From assembly GCF_000008665.1 (NCBI RefSeq), contig NC_000917.1, positions 1,080,001-1,112,000 on the forward strand: 32,000 nt of DNA, written 5' to 3'. The notes below the pieces were generated by a model. That model made no database searches, was not told where the DNA came from, and saw only the letters and a program-made list of their open reading frames with translations. The first letter of the stretch is position 1; each line of letters begins with the position of its first letter. Source of the DNA: Archaeoglobus fulgidus DSM 4304 (GTDB taxonomy: Archaea; Halobacteriota; Archaeoglobi; Archaeoglobales; Archaeoglobaceae). Below are positions 16,465 to 23,693 of the stretch, piece after piece. Made by a program: the position numbers and the translations under genes.

Positions 16465-16472
16465 TATTTAAA
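16465..16472 (-). promoter_or_regulatory. Consensus archaeal TATA box (TTTAAATA) with BRE-like GAGGAAAA for the four-gene operon; leaderless layout
   Basis: The centre is 26.5 nt upstream of the ATG at 16442. Confidence 0.55.
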
Positions 16473-16490
16473 TTTTCCTCATACTCATGC

Positions 16491-18743
16491 TCATGTGGTA
16501 TTTTTGATGTTGTTTATTGCAGCCGAAATTCTGGCCTCTATTCCCTCAGTGAGCATCAGGAAGGCTGGAACCACTGTTAGTGCTGCCAGAAGCGAAAACA
16601 GGATTGCCACGAGGGCAATGAAGCCGAAGTTCTGCATTATCGGGAAGGTTGAGAACATCAGCGAGCCAAATCCACCTGCCATCGTCAACGCTGAGGTTGT
16701 TATGGCCTTTCCAGTCCTTTCAATGGTTCTTCTCACCGCCTCAACTGGAGAAAATGCTGCTCTCTCCTCGAAGTACCTCTCAAGGACGTGGATGGAGAAG
16801 TCTATGCCAAGGCCGAGAGTGATGGAGTTCAGGGCGATGCTTATCATCGTCTGCTTTGTTCCCGTCAGAAACATGATGGTGTTCATCGCACCTATTACGG
16901 AGGTGATGGCTATCAGAGGAACAACAGCCTTTCTTATGGAGCGATAAACTGCGAGGAGAAGCATGATAATTAAAGCGTAAGCAACAACAGTCATCGTGGT
17001 CTGGCCTGAGGTCATGAGCCTTCCCATTTCCCCGTAAATGACGGGGCCACCCGTAACGTAGTATCCCCCACTCCAGCCGAAGAACTCAACATCCCTGACA
17101 ATGCTTTTGTGGGTTGAGATGTACTCATCCTGACTGTCAGCGTTTGAGGAGAAGTGAACCGCTATCTGCCCCCCTGAGATGTACCTGCTAACCTCCTCCT
17201 GTGGTAAGGCGGAGAGAATTTGCATTAGCTCGGCATCGCTTTCTGGCAGACCTTCAAAACCGTAGGCCTTTCTAACTTCAGAAATGAGCTTTGTTATGGA
17301 GCTGTAGTCGTAAATGAGCTCCTCCTTTTCGACAATGTACTTTGAGAGCTCGTCTATCTCCTTCAGAGTTTCAGCGTTTAGCTCATCAACTTCCAGAACG
17401 AGAGTGTAGGTTGCCTGCCCCCCGACGAGTCTTTCAATCTCCTTAAACCTCTGCATCGCCGTCAAATCCTGCGGAACGTACTTGTTGTAGTTCGTCTCAA
17501 GGCCAATTTGGGGGGCTGCGTAAAGTCCAAAGAGAACGATGATGGATGCAGCAACAAGTATTCCCACAGGCCTTGTGGCTGTAAGAGTTGAGATTGCGGA
17601 CAAGCTCCTCTCCAGCGTGCCAACAGACTTCTCTTCTTCCCTCTTCTGCTCCTTGGCATCATTCCAGTGGTCTATTAGCTTCAGAACGGCAGGAAGGAAG
17701 GTCAGGGTTAGGAGGTAGGCAACGATGAGGCCGAGAGAGGATATGATGCCGAACTGGGCCATAGCGGGCATTCCGGGAGCGAGCATGGACATGAAGCCTA
17801 TAACTGTGGTTATTAGCGCCATCACAATTGCCAGTCCAGTTCTCGTGATGGATATCACAACTGCATCGTCAACATCACGCCCCTCCCTCCTCTCTTCCTC
17901 GTAGCGGTTCTGAAGCTGCGCTCCGTACTCAATGGCAAGGCCGATGAGCATGGGCAACGCTCCGTTGGTGTGCTCCGAAAGAGGGATGCCGAGGATGGGC
18001 ATGAGACCGTAAACAACGGTGACGGACATTACTGAAATTACGAGTGGCAGAAAGGCGGTGTACTTCTTCCTCACAGCACCGCTGAAAGTTAGGAAGAGGA
18101 GCAGAACCATCAGAATTATCGAGACCATCATTGTGATGCCAAAGCTTTTGCCAATCTCCCTCTCAATCTGGTAGCTCAATGCTGGCCCACCGGTGAGCTG
18201 AAGAACGAGGCCGTGGGGTGGGTTCGTGAAGCTTATGACCTTCTCCACCTCAATGGCAATCTCCTCCTGTTTTGTATCATCCGCCGTGCCGAGCTGTATA
18301 ATCATCATGGCGAGGGTTGGCTTTGGAACGAGGTCAGAAGCATAGAGGCTTGTGGCGATGGAGATTTTGGACTCATCTGACGGCAGACCACCGTAAAGAG
18401 AAGAGACGATTGAAGCTGGCGATACAACGCTGCTGACACCCTCAATTTCCTCTATTCTTTTTTGAAGGTCGAGGAGGTACTGGTAAACTTCCGAATTTAC
18501 CACGTCGTCTCCCTTAATTAAAACAAAGAGCTGGTCTGCGCCAACACCAAAGTCCTTCTGGTAGAGCTTGTACTGTCTGTAGATGACATTGTCCTTGCTG
18601 AACATCGATTCGGTGCCTGAAGTAAGGCCGACATTCTGTGCTGAGAAGGCGGAGAGAATTAAAATTATGGAGATGATGGAAATGACGAATCCCGGCCTTC
18701 TGGCTATGAACCTCGCAACTCTGTCCAGCAGCTCTGCGAACAT
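16491..18743 (-). CDS. RND-superfamily exporter (MMPL/HAE3-like, COG1033-type), 12 TM with two large extracytoplasmic loops
   Basis: 750 aa. It has an internally duplicated topology: one TM, a roughly 150-200 aa loop, then five TM, repeated twice. A GGTGGAGGT Shine-Dalgarno lies directly after the stop of the upstream surface-protein gene. Confidence 0.85.
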   Translation of the reverse strand: MFAELLDRVARFIARRPGFVISIISIILILSAFSAQNVGLTSGTESMFSKDNVIYRQYKLYQKDFGVGADQLFVLIKGDDVVNSEVYQYLLDLQKRIEEIEGVSSVVSPASIVSSLYGGLPSDESKISIATSLYASDLVPKPTLAMMIIQLGTADDTKQEEIAIEVEKVISFTNPPHGLVLQLTGGPALSYQIEREIGKSFGITMMVSIILMVLLLFLTFSGAVRKKYTAFLPLVISVMSVTVVYGLMPILGIPLSEHTNGALPMLIGLAIEYGAQLQNRYEEERREGRDVDDAVVISITRTGLAIVMALITTVIGFMSMLAPGMPAMAQFGIISSLGLIVAYLLTLTFLPAVLKLIDHWNDAKEQKREEEKSVGTLERSLSAISTLTATRPVGILVAASIIVLFGLYAAPQIGLETNYNKYVPQDLTAMQRFKEIERLVGGQATYTLVLEVDELNAETLKEIDELSKYIVEKEELIYDYSSITKLISEVRKAYGFEGLPESDAELMQILSALPQEEVSRYISGGQIAVHFSSNADSQDEYISTHKSIVRDVEFFGWSGGYYVTGGPVIYGEMGRLMTSGQTTMTVVAYALIIMLLLAVYRSIRKAVVPLIAITSVIGAMNTIMFLTGTKQTMISIALNSITLGLGIDFSIHVLERYFEERAAFSPVEAVRRTIERTGKAITTSALTMAGGFGSLMFSTFPIMQNFGFIALVAILFSLLAALTVVPAFLMLTEGIEARISAAINNIKNTT

Positions 18744-18759
18744 CCCTTACCTCCACCGC

Positions 18760-19236
18760 TTATCTTCTCTTCAGGTAAACTGCAATAGCTGCGATTACTA
18801 TTATCGCTATTACTGCGTAAAGCATGTAAGGCGGCTTGGCGGGAGTAACGTTTATTATGGCCTTTGCGGGCTCGCTGTAGGCCCACTCTCCCTCGGCATC
18901 CTTGTATTTAACCTCCAGATTGAGAGCGTAGAGCTTGGGCGTCGCATCGCCATCAACTGAAATTTTGAAGGTTGCGTTTGCAGCCTCACCGGGCTTCAAA
19001 TCGCCGATGAAGGCTGAGTCATCGGTGGAGGAGAAGGGGTCGACGATTGTTATTCTGGCAGTAGCGTCTCTGACTTCAAACTCGCCCACGTTCTTTATCA
19101 CGAAGGTGACGACCTTCTCCTCACCAGCAGCGATGCTTGGCTGCCCCACAACTTCAAACTCCATCTTGGGGTTTACCTTCACTCCAATCCTTACTGGGTC
19201 AAGCTCAACGTACTCATCCATTGATCTGTAAACCAA
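18760..19236 (-). CDS. C-terminal fragment of the repeat-containing cell-surface protein (last repeat module plus C-terminal TM anchor)
   Basis: It carries FIGDLKPGEAANATFKISVDGDATPKLYALNLEVKYKDAEG and the terminal YMLYAVIAIIVIAAIAVYLKRR. The track start is a TTG with no Shine-Dalgarno or promoter. The frame stays open upstream and continues the preceding ORF after a +1 shift. Confidence 0.6.
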   Translation of the reverse strand: MVYRSMDEYVELDPVRIGVKVNPKMEFEVVGQPSIAAGEEKVVTFVIKNVGEFEVRDATARITIVDPFSSTDDSAFIGDLKPGEAANATFKISVDGDATPKLYALNLEVKYKDAEGEWAYSEPAKAIINVTPAKPPYMLYAVIAIIVIAAIAVYLKRR

Positions 19237-20623
19237 GGTTATGTCCGCCGGATAGGTGACGGTTCGCCTCGCTCGATGCCTTTAGCTTGAAAACTGCCTT
19301 GAACTCCTCACCAGCCTTTATCTCGCCAACGTAGTACTCAGAGCTGAGAACTGAGAGGGGTGATGAGGCAGAGATTCTCACGCTGGCATCCTTAAGGTCG
19401 GTGTCGCTGAGAAGCGTTACCTCCACCTCCCCCTTGGCGTTCACGTAAACTCTGCTTTCAGTGCTCTTCACAGTGATTTCAGGGGCATCCCTCACCTCTA
19501 CACCGAAGGTTGTGGAGTCGCTCTCTGTTAGCTTACCAAATTCGTCCAGATAGACGGCCTTAATCTGGAGAGGATAGGTTCCGCCATCCTTCACGTTGAT
19601 TTTCAGGTAGAAGGTGGCGTTTGCCGCATCTCCTGGTTTAAGGTCGCCGACATAGTAGGCAGCCTTCGCTGATGAGACTGTTGTAGCCATTCCTGCTGAG
19701 GGCATTGCCGGATACATGCCTGTCGGCATCCCTGCAGGGATGCTGGTAGTCATTCCCGTGGGCATACCTGCTGGCATTCCTGAAGGCATTGCTGATGCTG
19801 TGGAAACGCTTAATCCCTGAGCCTCAAAGCCCGATGGGGTGTCGAGAACCAGATAGGCATTCCTTGCCGTTTTATCGCCCAGGTTTTTGACCATGACAGT
19901 TATCCTGCCCTTTGCCCCACCGACGAGGTTCTCACCTTCCACCTTTAAAACTTCAAGCCTGACCGGCTTCTCCTCGATGTAGATTTTTATCGGGATTGTC
20001 TGGGATTCCATTACGTATTCGAGCTCGTACTTCTGATTGAGCAACTTGTAAGTGTAATACCTCGTTCCGTTGCCTGTGAGGTTGTAGTAATCGGGATTAT
20101 ACATGGGGTAATGCACTACGCCCGTGATACTCTCGTTTTTGATTGCTATGATGTCTTGAGATGGTAAGACTGTGGAAAAAGAGTCAAATGATTCGAGGTC
20201 GTTAATTCTGTAGTAAGTAACCTCAAGGCTAAGCTCGTATTCTCCCGCCTTCGCACTGTCGGAAATGCTGATTAGAAAGTTCAGGTTGACCGGATACATT
20301 GGTTGCAGAGCCGGAATGCGCTGCTCCGGAGTTTTCACCTTCACGTATTCGTTCCCCTCAAGCGAAATTTGAACGTCGTAGGCTGTGAACAGCATTTCTT
20401 CTCTGCCATTGAAAAATCCTGCCTCTTTCTGGTCATCGTATTTAATCTCCTCGTTCCAAGCGTCATTGAAAATTACAAGAACCAGATTCTTTTCGTCTCC
20501 CCTCTCAAAAAAGCTTGAGCCGTAAATGTATGCAACGATTTCCGGTTTTTTCTCGTAGTCCAGAGCCTGTGCTGTGGCTGTAATAAGCAGCAATGCCGCA
20601 ATAACCATCACGAACCATCTCAT
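19214..20623 (-). CDS. N-terminal fragment of the repeat-containing cell-surface protein (COG1361/CARDB-like S-layer-domain type) with signal peptide
   Basis: MRWFVMVIAALLLITATAQA is signal-peptide-like. The repeated module Y-Y-V-G-[DE]-[LI]-K-[PA]-G-[DE] occurs twice, and there is a Met/Pro/Gly-rich linker. An AGGTGAGACA Shine-Dalgarno lies before the ATG at 20623. The last roughly 20 residues (NRHLSGGHNLGLQING) look out of frame. Confidence 0.65.
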   Translation of the reverse strand: MRWFVMVIAALLLITATAQALDYEKKPEIVAYIYGSSFFERGDEKNLVLVIFNDAWNEEIKYDDQKEAGFFNGREEMLFTAYDVQISLEGNEYVKVKTPEQRIPALQPMYPVNLNFLISISDSAKAGEYELSLEVTYYRINDLESFDSFSTVLPSQDIIAIKNESITGVVHYPMYNPDYYNLTGNGTRYYTYKLLNQKYELEYVMESQTIPIKIYIEEKPVRLEVLKVEGENLVGGAKGRITVMVKNLGDKTARNAYLVLDTPSGFEAQGLSVSTASAMPSGMPAGMPTGMTTSIPAGMPTGMYPAMPSAGMATTVSSAKAAYYVGDLKPGDAANATFYLKINVKDGGTYPLQIKAVYLDEFGKLTESDSTTFGVEVRDAPEITVKSTESRVYVNAKGEVEVTLLSDTDLKDASVRISASSPLSVLSSEYYVGEIKAGEEFKAVFKLKASSEANRHLSGGHNLGLQING

Positions 20624-20657
20624 TGTCTCACCTGTCGTAGTCCCAGATACGAAAGAT

Positions 20658-20665
20658 TATATATA
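20658..20665. promoter_or_regulatory. Symmetric TATATATA element shared by the divergent trmB-like and surface-protein/RND units
   Basis: This is the only AT-rich element in the 63-nt intergenic region. Its centre is 25.5 nt upstream of the plus-strand ATG at 20687 (leaderless). It is 38.5 nt upstream of the minus-strand ATG at 20623, which implies a short leader with a Shine-Dalgarno. Confidence 0.45.
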
Positions 20666-20686
20666 CCTTTCGCTGTAGGTTCACTG

Positions 20687-21382
20687 ATGCTCGTTGAAGT
20701 GCTCAAAAGCTTTGGTCTGAGCGAGTATGAGGCTAAAGCGCTGGTGGCGCTGGTTTCGAAGGGAACGCTTACAGCAAAGGAGGTATCCGAGATTAGCGGT
20801 ATCCCCAGAACCTCCGTTTACGACGTGATGAACTCCTTACTTTCAAAAGGCCTCGTTGAGTCCTTCGGAAAGCCGAAAAGGTTTAAGGCCCTCAACGTCA
20901 GCGATATCATATCCGTTCTTTCCCGCAGAGTAAACGAGAACATCGAGATTTTGAGGAGAGAGCTATCGAAGCTTGAGACAGAGGAAATTGACGTCATCAG
21001 GGTTTACAGGGGAGAGATGGTTCTTGAAAAGCTAAGAGAGCTTGTAGAGAGCGCGAAGAGGGAGATTGTTGGAGTCCTGTCTTATATTCCCGAAAGCGTG
21101 GCGGAGATACTTAGGAGGGCAACCTGCAGGCTGATTTTAATATCATCCAATGCCAGAGCGGTGGAGAACGCTGAAAGCTACGAGTTTGAGAAGAAGGAGG
21201 AGGTGGCAAGGAGCTTCAAAAACTTCTGCCACGGCATCTTCATTTTTGACGATGAAAGGACCTTCAGCATCTTCATCAATGGAACACAGATTGCAATCAT
21301 GAGCGAGAGCCCGGCGGTGATTGAGTTTTCCAAAATGGTTATGATACCAGTAATTGAGTTCATGAGGAGAAAGAATGATTGA
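20687..21382 (+). CDS. TrmB-family transcriptional regulator
   Basis: The N-terminus is LKSFGLSEYEAKALVALVSKGTLTAKEVSEISGIPRTSVYDVMNSLLSKGLVE, which is the TrmB winged-HTH signature, followed by a coiled-coil arm. 231 aa. Confidence 0.85.
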   Translation: MLVEVLKSFGLSEYEAKALVALVSKGTLTAKEVSEISGIPRTSVYDVMNSLLSKGLVESFGKPKRFKALNVSDIISVLSRRVNENIEILRRELSKLETEEIDVIRVYRGEMVLEKLRELVESAKREIVGVLSYIPESVAEILRRATCRLILISSNARAVENAESYEFEKKEEVARSFKNFCHGIFIFDDERTFSIFINGTQIAIMSESPAVIEFSKMVMIPVIEFMRRKND

Positions 21383-22010
21383 CCTGCACATTCACTCAAA
21401 CTACTCCGATGGACAGGGGAGCGTTGAGGAGATTGCGAGAAGGGCGAAGGAGAGAGGGCTTAAGGCGATTGCAATAGTTGACCACTCCATCGAGCTGCCC
21501 TTCGGCCTGACGGAAAAGAAGGCGAGAATGCGTGAAATAGAGATTGAGAACGCAGCATCGCTTTACGGCATAAAGATTTACAGCGGAATTGAGTGCAGCA
21601 TAAACGCAGCAGGAGAAATTGTCCTCCCAGACTTTGACTTTGATTTCATCATCGCCTCAGTTCACGAGTTTGTATATGGACAGGCTTACTATGAGAGGGT
21701 AATCAGGTGCCTTGAAAGCCATGATGTTGATGTTCTCGGCCATCCCTTCTCTCCACTCTTCGGTTTTGATGGCAGGCTTGCTGAGATGGACGAAAAGCTT
21801 CTGGATGTTGTTGAGGAGAGGGGGGTGGCGGTAGAGCTAAACTCCTCCCACAAATCACCGCAGGATGAGTTTTTGCAGCTCTGCAGAGACAGGAAAATTG
21901 CCTACAGTATTGGGAGCGATGCGCACAGCCTTTCAGGTGTTGGTGAAGTGGGATGGAGTGTTGAGAAGGCTAAAAGATATATGGCGGGAGCGAAACTCTT
22001 CACTCCATGA
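21375..22010 (+). CDS. PHP-domain metal-dependent phosphoesterase (histidinol-phosphatase-like)
   Basis: IDLHIHSNYSDG is the first PHP motif, with later AIVDHS and GSDAHS motifs. An AGGAGAAAG Shine-Dalgarno is present, and the gene overlaps the upstream gene by 8 nt. Confidence 0.8.
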   Translation: MIDLHIHSNYSDGQGSVEEIARRAKERGLKAIAIVDHSIELPFGLTEKKARMREIEIENAASLYGIKIYSGIECSINAAGEIVLPDFDFDFIIASVHEFVYGQAYYERVIRCLESHDVDVLGHPFSPLFGFDGRLAEMDEKLLDVVEERGVAVELNSSHKSPQDEFLQLCRDRKIAYSIGSDAHSLSGVGEVGWSVEKAKRYMAGAKLFTP

Positions 22011-22420
22011 AGTGCATCACTCTAACCGTTGATGCGATAATCCCCTATCAGGGCAAAATCGTGCTGATAAAGAGGCTGAATGAGCCCTTCAAGGGTCACT
22101 ATGCTCTTCCGGGCGGGATAGTGGAATACGGCGAGAGGGTTGAAGACGCGGTGCTGAGAGAAGTTGAGGAGGAGACGGGGCTGAAGGGAGAGATTCACTC
22201 CTTGGTTGGAGTTTACTCTGATCCGAACAGAGACCCAAGGGGGCACTTCGTCTCGGTCTGCTTTGTTGTTCTGCCGAAAGGAGGAGAGCTTAAGGCGGGG
22301 AGCGATGCAAAGGAGGTGGGGCTTTTCAGCCTTAACGAGCTTCCAAAGCTCGCCTTTGACCATGAGAAGATGATAAAGGATGCGGAGGTGATTCTGCGTG
22401 GAATTCTGTCCGAAGTGTAA
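22007..22420 (+). CDS. NUDIX hydrolase
   Basis: The Nudix box GGIVEYGERVEDAVLREVEEETGL matches Gx5Ex7REUxEExGU. The ATG overlaps the upstream stop (ATGA). Confidence 0.85.
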   Translation: MKCITLTVDAIIPYQGKIVLIKRLNEPFKGHYALPGGIVEYGERVEDAVLREVEEETGLKGEIHSLVGVYSDPNRDPRGHFVSVCFVVLPKGGELKAGSDAKEVGLFSLNELPKLAFDHEKMIKDAEVILRGILSEV

Positions 22421-22709
22421 GAGTCTGATGATATATCAGGGGGACAAGCTCGTTTGCAGGAAGTGCGGCTATGAGAAGGAGGCTGATGACAGCGAGGAGC
22501 TTGTAATCAAGGTGGAGAGGAACAAGGAAGATGTTCCCGTTATAGAGGGTGAGAACCTCAAGACTTTGCCAACAACAAAGGCCATCTGTCCGGCATGCGG
22601 CCACAACGAAGCTTTCTGGTGGTTAAGGCAGCTCAGGGCCGCAGATGAGAGTGAAGTCAGGTTCTTCCGCTGCACAAAGTGCGGGAAGACGTGGAGAGAG
22701 TACGATTAA
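22398..22709 (+). CDS. tfs: Transcription factor S (TFS, transcript cleavage factor; RpoM/TFIIS C-terminal type)
   Basis: It has an N-terminal zinc ribbon (FCPKCKSLM...CRKCG) and a C-terminal zinc ribbon (CPACGHNEAFWWLRQLRAADESEVRFFRCTKCGKTW) with the acidic DE loop. The GTG start at 22398 has a perfect GGAGGTGA located 7 nt upstream, inside the Nudix gene. Confidence 0.92.
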   Translation: MEFCPKCKSLMIYQGDKLVCRKCGYEKEADDSEELVIKVERNKEDVPVIEGENLKTLPTTKAICPACGHNEAFWWLRQLRAADESEVRFFRCTKCGKTWREYD

Positions 22710-22720
22710 AAAGTATCATT

Positions 22721-22737
22721 AAAAAAATATTTAAAAA
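22721..22737 (-). terminator. Oligo-T runs (T5 then T7 on minus strand) downstream of the cytochrome gene
   Basis: The plus-strand A5 (22733-22737) and A7 (22721-22727) runs read as T-runs on the minus strand. They begin 10 nt after the TAA at 22749-22747 that closes the hidden membrane-anchor frame. Confidence 0.45.
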
Positions 22738-22808
22738 TTTTGAAATTTAGGAGCCTCTCCTCCTTATCAGCCATACGGCTCCGAGAACAACTGCCAATAT
22801 CCCCGCAA

Positions 22809-23693
22809 TTATTCCTCCGAAGCCACCTTTGGATAAATGCCGTATCCGAGGTCCTCCCAGTGCATTCTCCCTTCAGCTATGTTGTGGCAGTCGAAGCAGA
22901 ACAGTGCCTTTTCCTTGGGCTGGACTCCGTGGTTGACCTGCATGTATCTCACGTAAAGAACCGCCTTGCCCGGTTCGTAGGTCACTCCAGCGTCCTTTGC
23001 CCCAGCTGCCATCGCCATGGTTATGTTTCCAGTTGCAAAGGCAATTCCAGCCTTTACTGGAACGGGGACCCTATCCTGCTCGCTGTAGGGGACTACTGCA
23101 ACATGAACTTTGAACGGGTAAATCTTTGCATCGCCATCCTCCTTCGAGGCTGTGGGCTTCACGTAGTAAATTGCTCCAACAACCTCTCCACTTCCTGCCT
23201 TGATTTGAGAAGCCTCATACTTTCCTCCGACCTTCTCCATGACCTCACTTACTGGAACTGGCTCAACAGGTGTAGGGAAGATGTAAACCTCCCTATCTCC
23301 GTTGTACCAGGCGTAGCTGGGCTGGAGGTTGTTGAAGAGGTACCACTTGCTGTAATCGCCACTTTCAGGGTCAGGAATCGCGAACTTCCACCTCTTCTCC
23401 TTGGGTAGGAAAGTTGCGACTGTCCAGTCCCTGTAGTACTCGGTCGGGTACTCTCCATGGGCTATTGTGGGAATGTGGCAGGTCTGGCATGCAACTCTGT
23501 CGTGGAAGGTGTTCAGGAAGTACCCGAAAAAGCCATTGTGCGGGTCTTCAGTGTGGCAGTTGCTGCACTTCGGCACCCTCTCCCTCTCTCGACCATGTGT
23601 CAACAGAATTTGTACCGAACTCGTGATTCTCACCGCTGTGGCAGTCTGTGCATCCCAAACCGGCTTTGAAGTGAACATCGAATTCGGCAGCAA
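22809..23693 (-). CDS. C-terminal fragment of the multiheme c-type cytochrome (3 CxxCH)
   Basis: It carries CSNCH, CQTCH and CFDCH. The first roughly 40 residues of the track ORF (MLPNSMFTSKPVWDAQTATAVRITSS...) overlap the upstream fragment and look like out-of-frame read-through. It has no promoter or Shine-Dalgarno of its own. Confidence 0.65.
   Translation of the reverse strand: MLPNSMFTSKPVWDAQTATAVRITSSVQILLTHGRERERVPKCSNCHTEDPHNGFFGYFLNTFHDRVACQTCHIPTIAHGEYPTEYYRDWTVATFLPKEKRWKFAIPDPESGDYSKWYLFNNLQPSYAWYNGDREVYIFPTPVEPVPVSEVMEKVGGKYEASQIKAGSGEVVGAIYYVKPTASKEDGDAKIYPFKVHVAVVPYSEQDRVPVPVKAGIAFATGNITMAMAAGAKDAGVTYEPGKAVLYVRYMQVNHGVQPKEKALFCFDCHNIAEGRMHWEDLGYGIYPKVASEE

Larger units (their letters stand above)
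18760..20623 (-). pseudogene. Single roughly 620-aa surface-protein gene interrupted by a +1 frame change near 19255-19270 (true frameshift or sequence error)
   Basis: The two ORFs overlap by 23 nt. The +1 frame across the junction restores the expected repeat strand: ...FKLKASSEA(N)VTYPADITLVYRSMDEYVELD. Confidence 0.6.

Noticed and set aside
19685-19797. Reiterated GGCAT(N)CCTG units considered as a tandem repeat or CRISPR-like array
   Set aside because: The units are short and imperfect. They lie in frame inside a long ORF, where they encode the PxGM linker. There are no spacers and no cas genes, so this is a coding low-complexity region and not a repeat element.
22809-23693. Programmed ribosomal frameshifting as the explanation for the split cytochrome and surface-protein genes
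   Set aside because: No canonical slippery heptamer (X XXY YYZ) or downstream stimulatory hairpin is visible at any of the three junctions. The three events also need different directions (+1, -1, +1). Indels, whether real or assembly-derived, are the simpler explanation. I cannot exclude programmed frameshifting without protein data.
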